Below are positions 1 to 9,899 of a DNA stretch of 64,000 bases, in pieces; positions within the stretch are counted from its first letter, which is position 1, and every line of letters starts with the position of its first letter. A program made the position numbers and the translations under genes. The stretch is from Methanobacteriota archaeon (GTDB lineage Archaea; Thermoplasmatota; Poseidoniia; Poseidoniales; Thalassarchaeaceae): contig JAOMRN010000003.1 in the NCBI GenBank assembly GCA_028355015.1, positions 151,740 to 215,739 of the forward strand, written 5' to 3'. Under the pieces are notes generated by a model. It was given only the letters and a program-made list of their open reading frames with translations. It made no database searches and had not been told where the DNA came from.

Positions 1-1899
1 CTTAAGTCATGGGAATTCTTCCTAGATTCATCTGTTCTTTCTATATTTTCTGAATTATTAAAAGGGTCTGCTTTAGGTTTGTTCTGTGGCCTTTTCATAG
101 GTTTCTTATTGCGTGGGTATTACTCTTCACTTTTTGCTATGGTGATGTTCTTATTCAGTTATCGTTTACTTCCACTTTTGTCTGAATCTTCCCCATTCTT
201 TTCACTATCGACAAGTCAAATTTCCTTTTTTATAATTGGTGGTGCTGTCCTAACTTCCTTCTTATTAATTCAGAACAATATTAAAGATTTATCAATCAAT
301 AAGATTTCTAAAGTTAATACTGGTGAATTCGCTTCAGTATTTTCTATATTGGTTTTCATTATTCTATTGTTTAATATTTCTATGGTGCCTATTTTATCTC
401 AAAATCTCATCCCATTCTTGTCAATTATACTTCTATTGAATGTATGTTATTGGTCCTGGGATTTGTCTCAAGAAAGATCTAAACAATCTGTGCAAGAACA
501 ACGTAGTGCAGCGCTTGTATTTATGGTTTCTTTACCTATACTACTTTACTTTCTCTTACGTCTACTATATCTCTTAAATCATCCAGATACAGTGATGAGG
601 AATAGATGGGAGTTAGCTTATGATTTCATGTCTCAGGGCAATACCTTCAAAGTCAATACTTGGCCTTTTGAAGTCACTCCAGGTGCTGATTCAAGATGGC
701 TTTTTTACAAGGCCGCAATACTAAATTCAGCTAGAGTAACTCTTCTAAGTATATTTCTTTGTACGATATTGGGTATAATCGTTGGTGTGACAAGATTGTC
801 ATCGAATAAGTTGGCATCAACTCTAGCAACTGCTTATGTGGAGATTTTCCGTAATCTACCTCTTGCAGTTCTCCTTTTCTTAATCGCGACCCAAATGGGT
901 CACCAATTCCCACTTTTCTCCGAAGAAAAAGCAATCTCAATTTTTAATAAAGATATTATCTATTATAGTAATCAAGGTATTTGGTTTGTAACGGTAGCAG
1001 AACATTTCCGATTATTTGTTGGAATTATCTTTCTCGCTTTCATCAAAATAATTCTAAGGCAAATGGCTAGGGTAGAACCACGAAAAGTTGACGATTCTAA
1101 GAGTTCATTGATTCAAAGGCCATTCTCTCATCTTGGTTGGAGAGTAGAGGCTCTTCTTTCAGATATTTTAGTACTAATTTCAATATTCGCTTTTGTGATT
1201 CTATCCTATCCTTTCTTTACTACTGCATCAGGTGGCCTAGAATGTATCATTGGGTTAAGTTTCCTTCTTTATTCATTATTAGTTTTCACAAATGTAGATG
1301 ATTCTGGTGTTAATGAGATGGTTGTTGATGATTCCTCAGAAGGACTACGTAAATCCTTCACAATATGGACACTATCAATTGCCGTAGCTATAGGTATAGC
1401 AATTTCTGCAGGTTTTTCTTCTCCAGAATTATTGAAACCTTCTTCGTCTCCAGGGTCTTGGAGGTTTGTTGCAGAGAAAGGTTTTGAAATCACTCCAGCA
1501 TTCTCTGCAATGATAATAGGTCTCACACTTTTTACTGCTTCTGTTGTAGCCGAGATTGTCCGCGGTAGTATCCAAGCTCTACCTCGTGGTCAGGTTGAAG
1601 CATCTATTTCTCTAGGCTTAAATCCCTTCCAGAGGTTACGGCTAGTAATTCTTCCCCAAGCACTAAGAAGTATGATTCCATTACTAAATAATCAATTTAT
1701 GAATGTATGGAAAAACTCTAGTTTAGCGATAATAGTAGCATATAATGATATATTTTATCAGTTCCTAGTAATGGCTAATAATGTAGGTAAACTAATACCT
1801 TTATTCCTCCTTCTTTTAGTCACCTATCAGTTTGGAAGCCTAATGATTTCTGCAGTGATGAATTGGTTTAATGCCAGAGTAACGAGTGTGAAAATATGA
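1..1899 (+). CDS. Polar amino acid ABC transporter permease (AapQ/BztB-like), 5'-truncated by the window edge
   Basis: Frame is open from base 1 (LKSWEFF...). Contains YVEIFRNLPL and EAA loop AEIVRGSIQALPRGQVEASISLGL...VILPQAL; many TM segments. Confidence 0.9.
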   Translation, partial: LKSWEFFLDSSVLSIFSELLKGSALGLFCGLFIGFLLRGYYSSLFAMVMFLFSYRLLPLLSESSPFFSLSTSQISFFIIGGAVLTSFLLIQNNIKDLSINKISKVNTGEFASVFSILVFIILLFNISMVPILSQNLIPFLSIILLLNVCYWSWDLSQERSKQSVQEQRSAALVFMVSLPILLYFLLRLLYLLNHPDTVMRNRWELAYDFMSQGNTFKVNTWPFEVTPGADSRWLFYKAAILNSARVTLLSIFLCTILGIIVGVTRLSSNKLASTLATAYVEIFRNLPLAVLLFLIATQMGHQFPLFSEEKAISIFNKDIIYYSNQGIWFVTVAEHFRLFVGIIFLAFIKIILRQMARVEPRKVDDSKSSLIQRPFSHLGWRVEALLSDILVLISIFAFVILSYPFFTTASGGLECIIGLSFLLYSLLVFTNVDDSGVNEMVVDDSSEGLRKSFTIWTLSIAVAIGIAISAGFSSPELLKPSSSPGSWRFVAEKGFEITPAFSAMIIGLTLFTASVVAEIVRGSIQALPRGQVEASISLGLNPFQRLRLVILPQALRSMIPLLNNQFMNVWKNSSLAIIVAYNDIFYQFLVMANNVGKLIPLFLLLLVTYQFGSLMISAVMNWFNARVTSVKI

Positions 1900-3425
1900 T
1901 TCAGGATAAATTACTTGATTTTGAACATTCAGTTGTTGGTAAGCCTGGACTGTCTCTGTATAAAGATCCAAAATTTAATATCAATTCATCATATTTCTCG
2001 ATTGTAATCGCAATAATTGTATCCGGTGTTTCATTTTTTGATAATTTATCTGCAGAGGGTACTTCAATTAAGGCTTTAATTTTCATTACTCTTGTATCAT
2101 TAGCTACATTTTTAGCCTTTTATCTGACTATTGTATCCGTAGTAAAATTAACATTCAGAAAGAGTCCGAGTACTGCAATTTTAGGCGTACTAAGTTCTTG
2201 GATAATTTATCAAGTGATCAAAGGTTTCGGCCATTTCGCACTTATTGAAGCAGAATGGGAAGTAGTTTGGGCTAATCGAGTTCTTGTAATAGTTGGGCAA
2301 TTGATGACTGAAAGCTTGACTCAATCATATCTTCCTAATCAAAGTTGGAGACTTTGGTCTATACTTTATCTGACATTTATAATTATATCTGCCGCATATG
2401 GTACTACCAGTGATAAACCATATAAATTCTTAATTCCGTTCACAATATTCACTTCAATATTGACATATATTGCATGGAATCCTACTGCCGTTAATTATGA
2501 TACAGATGAGCCAGTTATGAAACTAATAGGTGCTACAGTATTATCGTACATTTCATTTGGTTTATCTCATTACTATTGTTCCATCAATGAGGAATACATT
2601 GCCAACAAGTTACGTTCATATCTTGCTCTAAGTTCAGTGTTTTTATTCTTCTTTGCAATTTTCATTATGAACCCTCCAGAGTCGGTTCAGAATTTATGTG
2701 CAGATATATTCGGTATTTCAGCCTCCGAAAATATCCAGTTAACCCGCTGCGGAGGGGTTGAAGCATCTCAGTGGGGTGGTATTTTCGTCAATCTTATTGT
2801 GGCAACTGCAGGTTGTGTACTAGGTTTTGCAGTTGGTGTAGTGCTTGCATTTGGAAGACAAAGTAAACTTCCATTTTTCAAATATCCTGCCGTGGCTCTA
2901 ATTGAAACAGTTCGTTCAGGACCACTAATTTGCTGGCTATATTTCGCAGTATTCTTACTTCCAGATATAATCGATCCTTTCATGGATATAGAGGATATAA
3001 TACGTATGCTATTGATATTCGGACTGTTCGGTGGTTGCTATATCGCAGAAGTTCTTCGTGGTGGATTACAGGCTGTAGATAGCGGACAGAAAGAAGCAGC
3101 ATTAGCACTAGGTTTATCTCCAATTCAGACCAAATTACAAGTAGAATTACCAAATGCAGTTCGTACTACTTTACCTTCAATAGTGAGTGTATTTATTGGA
3201 TTGTGGAAAGATACTACCCTATTATTCATTATCAATATTTTAGATTTCTTTAAGTTGGCTAAAGATCTTCCAAATACGTCCCCTGGATATCTTGGCGACT
3301 TCCTAGAACCTTTGTATGTAACAGCGTTAGTATTTTGGATATTCGCATTCTATCTTTCTAGAATCTCTATGAGAATTGAGAAAGGATTGGGATTAACAAA
3401 TGAAGGAGGAGGAGAAGCAGCATGA
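1896..3425 (+). CDS. Amino acid ABC transporter permease (AapM/BztC-like)
   Basis: [48 protein letters not shown] overlap with the upstream gene. Confidence 0.9.
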   Translation: MIQDKLLDFEHSVVGKPGLSLYKDPKFNINSSYFSIVIAIIVSGVSFFDNLSAEGTSIKALIFITLVSLATFLAFYLTIVSVVKLTFRKSPSTAILGVLSSWIIYQVIKGFGHFALIEAEWEVVWANRVLVIVGQLMTESLTQSYLPNQSWRLWSILYLTFIIISAAYGTTSDKPYKFLIPFTIFTSILTYIAWNPTAVNYDTDEPVMKLIGATVLSYISFGLSHYYCSINEEYIANKLRSYLALSSVFLFFFAIFIMNPPESVQNLCADIFGISASENIQLTRCGGVEASQWGGIFVNLIVATAGCVLGFAVGVVLAFGRQSKLPFFKYPAVALIETVRSGPLICWLYFAVFLLPDIIDPFMDIEDIIRMLLIFGLFGGCYIAEVLRGGLQAVDSGQKEAALALGLSPIQTKLQVELPNAVRTTLPSIVSVFIGLWKDTTLLFIINILDFFKLAKDLPNTSPGYLGDFLEPLYVTALVFWIFAFYLSRISMRIEKGLGLTNEGGGEAA

Positions 3426-4174
3426 GCCAATTAAGTGATGAAGTAATTATAGAAACAAAAGGTGTGAAAGTTAATTTTGGAGACTTTTGGGCATTAAAAG
3501 GAATTGATATGAAGGTTACAAGAGGTGAAATAATAGTTGTTCTCGGCCCCTCTGGTTCTGGTAAATCTACATTTATTAGAACATTAAATCGACTTCAACC
3601 CCATAGTGCAGGTACAATTCAGATAGATGGTGTGACAATAGACGATGATACTACCGTTTCTGATCTTAAGAAAATTAGATCAGAGGTAGGTTTTGTGTTT
3701 CAACAGTTCAATTTATTCCCTCATCTGACTATAATGGAGAATATTACATTGGCTCCAATGAAAGTGAAGGGTATTTCAAAGAAAGAGGCGGAAACTAAAG
3801 CTTTGGAATTACTTGCTCGTGTTGGAATTCCTGAACAGGCTTACAAGTATCCAAGCGGCCTTTCAGGAGGTCAACAACAACGTGTCGCTATTGCTAGAGC
3901 ATTGGCTATGGATCCTAAAATCATGCTATTCGATGAACCGACTTCAGCCTTAGATCCAGAAATGATTAAAGAAGTATTAGACGTAATGGTAGATTTAGCC
4001 AGAGAAGATGTTACTATGATAGTAGTAACTCACGAAATGGGTTTTGCCAAAGAAGTTGCAGATCGTGTAATATTATTTGATGAAGGTATGTTAATTGAAG
4101 AAAACACTCCAGACATATTCTTCGATAATCCCGAGCATGAAAGAACGAAATTATTCTTAGAACAAATTCTTTGA
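3422..4174 (+). CDS. Amino acid ABC transporter ATP-binding protein (AapP/GlnQ family)
   Basis: Walker [37 protein letters not shown]. Confidence 0.95.
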   Translation: MSQLSDEVIIETKGVKVNFGDFWALKGIDMKVTRGEIIVVLGPSGSGKSTFIRTLNRLQPHSAGTIQIDGVTIDDDTTVSDLKKIRSEVGFVFQQFNLFPHLTIMENITLAPMKVKGISKKEAETKALELLARVGIPEQAYKYPSGLSGGQQQRVAIARALAMDPKIMLFDEPTSALDPEMIKEVLDVMVDLAREDVTMIVVTHEMGFAKEVADRVILFDEGMLIEENTPDIFFDNPEHERTKLFLEQIL

Positions 4175-5065
4175 TCAGGCATCTATCCAATATGCAACTC
4201 GATCATATATCGTACTTCTGAAAGTCAATAATTTCAAAGTAGGCCCGTCTAAGCTTACTGAGATTGTTGCTCCTCTGGTGAAATGTGTTTCATCCCATCC
4301 ATCTGCAACTACATATCCTCTGTGCATATCACTGGTAAAAGTTGTTTTCTGGTTAGTCCAGGCCCAATAAGTCCCATCTTCTCTTCTATCATTACGCGGT
4401 AAGTCTCTTGAGACAAATAAATAGTGATTGTCAATTTCTGTCTCTGGAAATGTGACACCTTCTATATTGTTGATATGTCTGTACCAAGCGCCCTGTCCAA
4501 GGAATGTAGAAAACAAACATCCGGAGGAATATTGGATGCAATCAATTCCCTCATTTTTGTCATCCTTATCTCTTTGTAGTCTATATTTCGAGGGTTGATA
4601 TTGGTGAGTGTTAGCCAGTAATAAATCATTTAATGCGGGGTCAGAGCGAATAATATTACCACTGGTAGTTACAATTTCTGCCTGTAATCTTGGTAAAATA
4701 TTAATGATTGATTTACCATCGAGGGCTGTTCGAATATCTTCTTTGAAGTTATTAGGGTCACTACCCATGTAGAATCCATATGATCCATCATTATCAAGCT
4801 CTCTTGGATGGCTGTTAACGCCCATTACCGGTGTATCTTCATCTACTGAATGGGCGATCGATGTTAAAGTTCCATCTCCTCCTAACACTATAACTAAGTC
4901 TCGATTAATAAAATCAGAGCGGCTAACCTTCTCTCTCGCCGAATAATCTAGACTGATATCCATTTCTTTGCTCAATAATTCAAGGGTACTTCTTACTTCA
5001 TTCAATGCTTTATCATGGACATCTTCGAAATTTTTCTTATACACAACCAATATGTTCCTTGACAC
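4175..5065 (-). CDS. NAD(H) kinase
   Basis: GGDGT motif, GVNS, ALND, SSG..FST..GQGAW; GTG start with GGAGG upstream. Confidence 0.85.
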   Translation of the reverse strand: MSRNILVVYKKNFEDVHDKALNEVRSTLELLSKEMDISLDYSAREKVSRSDFINRDLVIVLGGDGTLTSIAHSVDEDTPVMGVNSHPRELDNDGSYGFYMGSDPNNFKEDIRTALDGKSIINILPRLQAEIVTTSGNIIRSDPALNDLLLANTHQYQPSKYRLQRDKDDKNEGIDCIQYSSGCLFSTFLGQGAWYRHINNIEGVTFPETEIDNHYLFVSRDLPRNDRREDGTYWAWTNQKTTFTSDMHRGYVVADGWDETHFTRGATISVSLDGPTLKLLTFRSTIYDRVAYWIDA

Positions 5066-5190
5066 AGTAGGGCAACCTCCTTCGATTGCTCGTCATTAGG
5101 CATCGCATATAGCAACAACGTTCCTGTAATCGAGAAATATTTCATCATATATTCAATAATCTCTTGACTGATTAACTGTCGCAGTCAATC

Positions 5191-6246
5191 ATGAGAGTTG
5201 CGTTGATAAGCCTAATTCTTTTTTCTTCAGCCCTATCTGGGTGTCTTGAAGTACCATCAGATTCATGTGAGGGGGACGAATGCTTTCCTCTTTCATCCGA
5301 TGAACTAAATTCATTACTAGCATTTCCGAATTCTTTCAATGTTCTCAAACTATCAGATGAATACGAGGTGCTTAGGATTGAAACATCTTCTGTGGTAGAA
5401 ATACAAAATCAGAGGGTTTCAATTGATTGGGGTGTTGGTAAAGACGATATGAAAAACCTTAGTTCGATAGCATTAAGGTATAGTATTGCCAATTCTGCGG
5501 TAGATACTGAAGTAATTGAAGGTTCGAAAATCACAAATGTGAGGTTGGGGAATATTTGGTATGAAGGTCGAGACGCATCGCCAGAATATAATGATCCATT
5601 CTATGAAATAGCTCGACTTTCTAGTGAAGACCCGGATGGTCTTTGGCCACCATTTTCTTTTGATACTACTAAATTTTCTAATATTGATTGGCAAATAACT
5701 GGTGACACATTATCTCTTCAGCAAGTAGCTACTGGGACTAATGGTACTCATACAATAATTCTTGAATTAAGAGGAGCCCCTCCAATGATAATGGGGATAG
5801 AAATTTATGATGGTGAAGGTACTGATTTCTCACTATCAATTGATATTGGCGATTCAGCAATAATAGAACTAAAAGATAATCTTCCAAGAACTCCAATACA
5901 GTTTATACCTGTGAATATTTCTATTATTAATGATAATGGGATTAAAACTTGGTCTGATATAATTCCCGATGGTATATCTGAAGTAGAACCTTTAGAACTT
6001 GAATTTCATGCTAGAATAGGTTCGCTAAATAGTTCTGAATCGTTAGCATCTATGAATTTCAATGATGTCATCTCAAATACTACAATTGATGATGGCACTT
6101 GGTGGGAATTTTATTGGATGGATGTAGATTTAGATAATTTGGTATCGAGTGGAGATTTCTATAATGTTCGAACAAATTCAACCGCAGATGTCACCATTTC
6201 AGTATTTGATATATGGGCTAATATATGGACTGATGATTTATTCTAA
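5191..6246 (+). CDS. Hypothetical acidic lipoprotein
   Basis: Hydrophobic signal ending in lipobox LSGC; acidic beta-rich body; C-terminal DVDLDNLVSSGD possible Ca loop. Confidence 0.7.
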   Translation: MRVALISLILFSSALSGCLEVPSDSCEGDECFPLSSDELNSLLAFPNSFNVLKLSDEYEVLRIETSSVVEIQNQRVSIDWGVGKDDMKNLSSIALRYSIANSAVDTEVIEGSKITNVRLGNIWYEGRDASPEYNDPFYEIARLSSEDPDGLWPPFSFDTTKFSNIDWQITGDTLSLQQVATGTNGTHTIILELRGAPPMIMGIEIYDGEGTDFSLSIDIGDSAIIELKDNLPRTPIQFIPVNISIINDNGIKTWSDIIPDGISEVEPLELEFHARIGSLNSSESLASMNFNDVISNTTIDDGTWWEFYWMDVDLDNLVSSGDFYNVRTNSTADVTISVFDIWANIWTDDLF

Positions 6247-6298
6247 TTCACAAATCTACAGGGGCACATTCAAACACCTTACATTTTAAGCAGTAGTT

Positions 6299-8068
6299 AT
6301 GGAGAACGCCAGTCATCCCCTGAGACGTCTTCTATCACATCTGAAACATCATCAACTAACAGTTATTTTAGCCTCCTTATGTTCAATTTTGAACAAATTT
6401 TGGGATCTCGCACCCCCTATACTGATTGGAATGGCCATTGACGTGGTAGTTCAGCGAGAGGAGTCATTTTTAGCAAGTTATGGGTACCCGGATCCACATC
6501 AGCAATTTCTGATTTTAGTTGGTATCACAGTCATTATCTGGGTACTAGAATCCTTATTCGAATATTGGTGGGGGATTTTATGGCGTAATCTTGCTCAAAC
6601 TGCTCAGCACGAATTAAGGATGGATGCTTACAATCATATTCAAAATTTGGAAATGCAATGGTTTTCAGAGCAGTCTACAGGTGGTTTAATGTCTGTTTTA
6701 AATGATGATGTTAATCAGTTGGAAAGGTTTCTAGATCAGGGTGCTAATGATTTGCTACAACTGGCAACTACAATTACTGTAGTGGGTACTATAATGTTTA
6801 TTTTAGCGCCTGAAGTTGCTTTATTAGCAGTAATACCAGTTCCAATTATTGTCATAGGCTCATTTATTTTCCAAAGAAGAATTGGGGTAAGGTACAAAAA
6901 AGTCCGAGAAGAAGTGGGTGAATTAAATTCTTTATTGAATAATAATCTCCAAGGAATAACTACAATCAAATCTTTTACAGCTGAAAGTAGAGAATCTGAG
7001 CGTGTTGGAATAGCATCTGAGTCATATAGGGATGCCAATAGAGACGCCATTCGTCTTTCCGCTTCCTTTGTTCCATTAATTCGCATGGCAATACTATTTG
7101 CATTTACTGCGAATATGCTTGTAGGTGGATGGATGGCATTAGATGGTGAATTAGACGTAGGTGCATATGCGATAATTGTATTTATCACTCAGAGACTACT
7201 TTGGCCTCTCACAAGGCTTGGACAAACCTTTGATTTGTATCAAAGAGCAATGGCTTCCACTACTAGAGTTCTAGATTTAGTAGATACAGACATTGGTATA
7301 GTTGAGGGAGATAAGATTTTATCAGATATTCAAGGAAGAATAACCTTCAATGAATTAAAATTCACTTATCCTGGGCGAGAATCAGTACTCAAAGATATAA
7401 ATTTTGAAATTCAAGAAGGAACAACGGTTGGATTAGTAGGTTCCACCGGTTCTGGAAAAACCACACTAACACGTCTTTTGATGAGATTCCATGACCCTCT
7501 ATCTGGGACTTTAGAGATTGATGGAATTAATATTAGAGATCTAAAACTTGAATCACTTAGAGGGGCTATTGCTCTAGTTTCTCAGAACACGACTCTTTTC
7601 CCTGGTACAGTTCGAGAGAATATCGCTTATGGGAATCCAGATGCAACCTTAGAACAGATAGACTATGCAGCAGGTATTGCTGAAGCCACAATTTTCATTT
7701 CAGAGTTACCAGAGGGTATGGGAACGAATATTGGTGAAGATGGACACAAATTATCAGGTGGTCAAAGACAGAGGCTAGCAATTGCTAGAGCGGTTTTGAA
7801 AAATGCGCCAATTCTTATTCTTGATGAAGCCACTAGTAATGTGGATAATGAGACAGAGGCTGCATTACAGCGCTCAATAGAAAAAATCTCAGTAGGCCGT
7901 ACTACTTTGATTATTGCTCATCGTTTATCGACAATAAGGAATGCTGATACTATAATTGTATTAGACGCTGGCTCGATATCTGAAGTGGGTAATCATGACG
8001 AATTAATTTTGAATAATGGTATTTATTCGCGGTTATGGGCAGTTCAAACAGGAGAAGTGGAAAAATGA
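6299..8068 (+). CDS. ABC exporter, fused permease/ATPase (MsbA/MdlB-like)
   Basis: N-terminal TM domain, GSTGSGKT, LSGGQRQR, LDEATS, IAHRLST. Confidence 0.93.
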   Translation: MENASHPLRRLLSHLKHHQLTVILASLCSILNKFWDLAPPILIGMAIDVVVQREESFLASYGYPDPHQQFLILVGITVIIWVLESLFEYWWGILWRNLAQTAQHELRMDAYNHIQNLEMQWFSEQSTGGLMSVLNDDVNQLERFLDQGANDLLQLATTITVVGTIMFILAPEVALLAVIPVPIIVIGSFIFQRRIGVRYKKVREEVGELNSLLNNNLQGITTIKSFTAESRESERVGIASESYRDANRDAIRLSASFVPLIRMAILFAFTANMLVGGWMALDGELDVGAYAIIVFITQRLLWPLTRLGQTFDLYQRAMASTTRVLDLVDTDIGIVEGDKILSDIQGRITFNELKFTYPGRESVLKDINFEIQEGTTVGLVGSTGSGKTTLTRLLMRFHDPLSGTLEIDGINIRDLKLESLRGAIALVSQNTTLFPGTVRENIAYGNPDATLEQIDYAAGIAEATIFISELPEGMGTNIGEDGHKLSGGQRQRLAIARAVLKNAPILILDEATSNVDNETEAALQRSIEKISVGRTTLIIAHRLSTIRNADTIIVLDAGSISEVGNHDELILNNGIYSRLWAVQTGEVEK

Positions 8069-8502
8069 AAGATGAGAATTTCGGCAATCAAAATTATACT
8101 CCTGCTATGAAATTATCAGGAGTATGTGATTCACTAGGAGTCGTTGGAACAAAGTTTGGTAATGGGGAATGTTCTGTGACTTGTACTGTGTCTAATAATC
8201 ATCTTAATGCAGGTGGCGTTGCTCATGGAGGTTTACATTCTACAATGCTTGATACTGCTCTTGGGGGTGCACTCGTATCAATGATCAACAAAGAAGAATG
8301 GTGTGCTACAGCACAATTAGATATTTCATTTCTAAACGCTGCGAATGTAGGTGATATATTGGTTGCAGAGGGGAAAGTCCTGCGCCGAGGAAAAAACTTG
8401 GCTCATTGTGACGGGATTTTATCTAATCAAGATGGTAAAATTATTGCTACTGCGAAAGGAACTTGGGCTATATGGGCATCTAAACCAAGTAGTCTGTCCT
8501 GA
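8065..8502 (+). CDS. PaaI-family hotdog thioesterase
   Basis: HLNAGGVAHGG...LD, TAQLDISFL, VLRRGK. Start moved to ATG 8065 (ATGA overlap, GGAG upstream). Confidence 0.88.
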   Translation: MKDENFGNQNYTPAMKLSGVCDSLGVVGTKFGNGECSVTCTVSNNHLNAGGVAHGGLHSTMLDTALGGALVSMINKEEWCATAQLDISFLNAANVGDILVAEGKVLRRGKNLAHCDGILSNQDGKIIATAKGTWAIWASKPSSLS

Positions 8503-8562
8503 GTTTTTTTATCCGAGTGCAGGGAAAGGATTGATTTCACGTCACCCTCTCCGAGTATTCAC

Positions 8563-8892
8563 ATGGCACGGATTGACTCATTGATTTTGGTTATGCTCGG
8601 ACTTGCTCAAATCCTTATTGGTAACTCAATAGCTCTCGAATTTCTTGCAGTATTGTTACAAGGTACCGGTGGAGGAACTATTGTAATGGCGATATACTTC
8701 CTTATTTTCTTATCGAAGCACCAGAAAGAATTTGATGGGGCATATTCTAAATTGGAAAAAACGACCCTAATTAGAGACGAAAGTGGAGAATTAGCATTTC
8801 AAGATGCTAATACTGTGGTCACCAAAGTAATTTGGTACATCATACCAGTTGGTTTGACAATAGTTGGAGCTATTGTCTGGTTAGCAAGTTAA
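8563..8892 (+). CDS. Hypothetical membrane protein
   Basis: 109-aa ORF with about 3 hydrophobic segments, fills the gap between genes. Confidence 0.7.
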   Translation: MARIDSLILVMLGLAQILIGNSIALEFLAVLLQGTGGGTIVMAIYFLIFLSKHQKEFDGAYSKLEKTTLIRDESGELAFQDANTVVTKVIWYIIPVGLTIVGAIVWLAS

Positions 8893-8908
8893 TGGTTAGG
8901 TGCTTACG

Positions 8909-9157
8909 ATGTCGGGCCGAAAGAAAGGCTTTCCTGACTTAGTCGATAACGCAATTGATAATCCTGCCTTCGAATTATTTGGAGGTTATCACATCTTTTT
9001 GAGAAGATTAATTATTCCTCTTCTCATTGCAATCCTTGCAATTCTACTCTATGACTTAACTAATCACAAGTTTTTATCAGCAATCTTAACTGGTCTTGCA
9101 GTTGGGCCTATATTTAATTTAGAGAGATTTGTGGCTGAGAGAAAACAGCGTAAATAA
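8909..9157 (+). CDS. Small hypothetical membrane protein
   Basis: Two hydrophobic segments; AGGTG before ATG 8909. Confidence 0.6.
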   Translation: MSGRKKGFPDLVDNAIDNPAFELFGGYHIFLRRLIIPLLIAILAILLYDLTNHKFLSAILTGLAVGPIFNLERFVAERKQRK

Positions 9158-9218
9158 ACATAATTTTCATCTAATGTCGCCGAAGAGGTGAAATGTATGT
9201 CTTATCCTAGAGGTATAC

Positions 9219-9821
9219 ATGGCATCCCTTGCAGACTTTGATTTACTTTCTTTTGTTGGTTACGATGGAGGGGGCGGATTAGAGTTAATTTTCGCATCTT
9301 CTGCAGTTTTAGGTGGGGTGCTTTTCCTTCTTTGGTTCGCTTTAATGATGATTGGAGGGATAGCTGCTGATGTATTCGATGGAATATTCGGTACTGATTT
9401 CGACGCCATGGGTGCTGATGCGTCGTTCAAAGCCCTAACGTTCCAAGGAATAATGGCTTTCATGATGTTCTTTGGTCTTGGCGGACTGTACGTATTAGAA
9501 GGTGATTCTGATCAAACGTCATTAGCAATAGTAGTTGGTTCATTGACAGGTTTTGCTTCGATGTATGGCACAGGCAAGTTATTCCAATTATTTGTTTCAT
9601 TACAATCTGATGGGACTATCGATATGGATGATTCAATAGGTTCGGTCGGAACTGTCTATCTACGGATACCAGAAGGTGGAGTTGGCCAAATCCAGGTGGA
9701 ATCGGGAAATGCGATGAGGACATACAATGCAAAAACAGAAGATGGACAAGGAATGGCAACTGGTGAATTCGCGGAAGTCATAGATGTAATTTCTTCAACT
9801 CTCATAGTGAAGAGAAAGTAA
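9219..9821 (+). CDS. NfeD-like (YuaF-type) membrane protein
   Basis: TM helices then C-terminal OB fold (GSVGTVYLRIP..G.GQIQV...V.DV....LIV); directly upstream of flotillin. Confidence 0.85.
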   Translation: MASLADFDLLSFVGYDGGGGLELIFASSAVLGGVLFLLWFALMMIGGIAADVFDGIFGTDFDAMGADASFKALTFQGIMAFMMFFGLGGLYVLEGDSDQTSLAIVVGSLTGFASMYGTGKLFQLFVSLQSDGTIDMDDSIGSVGTVYLRIPEGGVGQIQVESGNAMRTYNAKTEDGQGMATGEFAEVIDVISSTLIVKRK

Positions 9822-9899
9822 TTATCGTTTCTATTTTTCAGACGATGCAGGCAAAGACTTCATGACCTAGTTATGTTTCAAACGATATGAGTTGAAACA

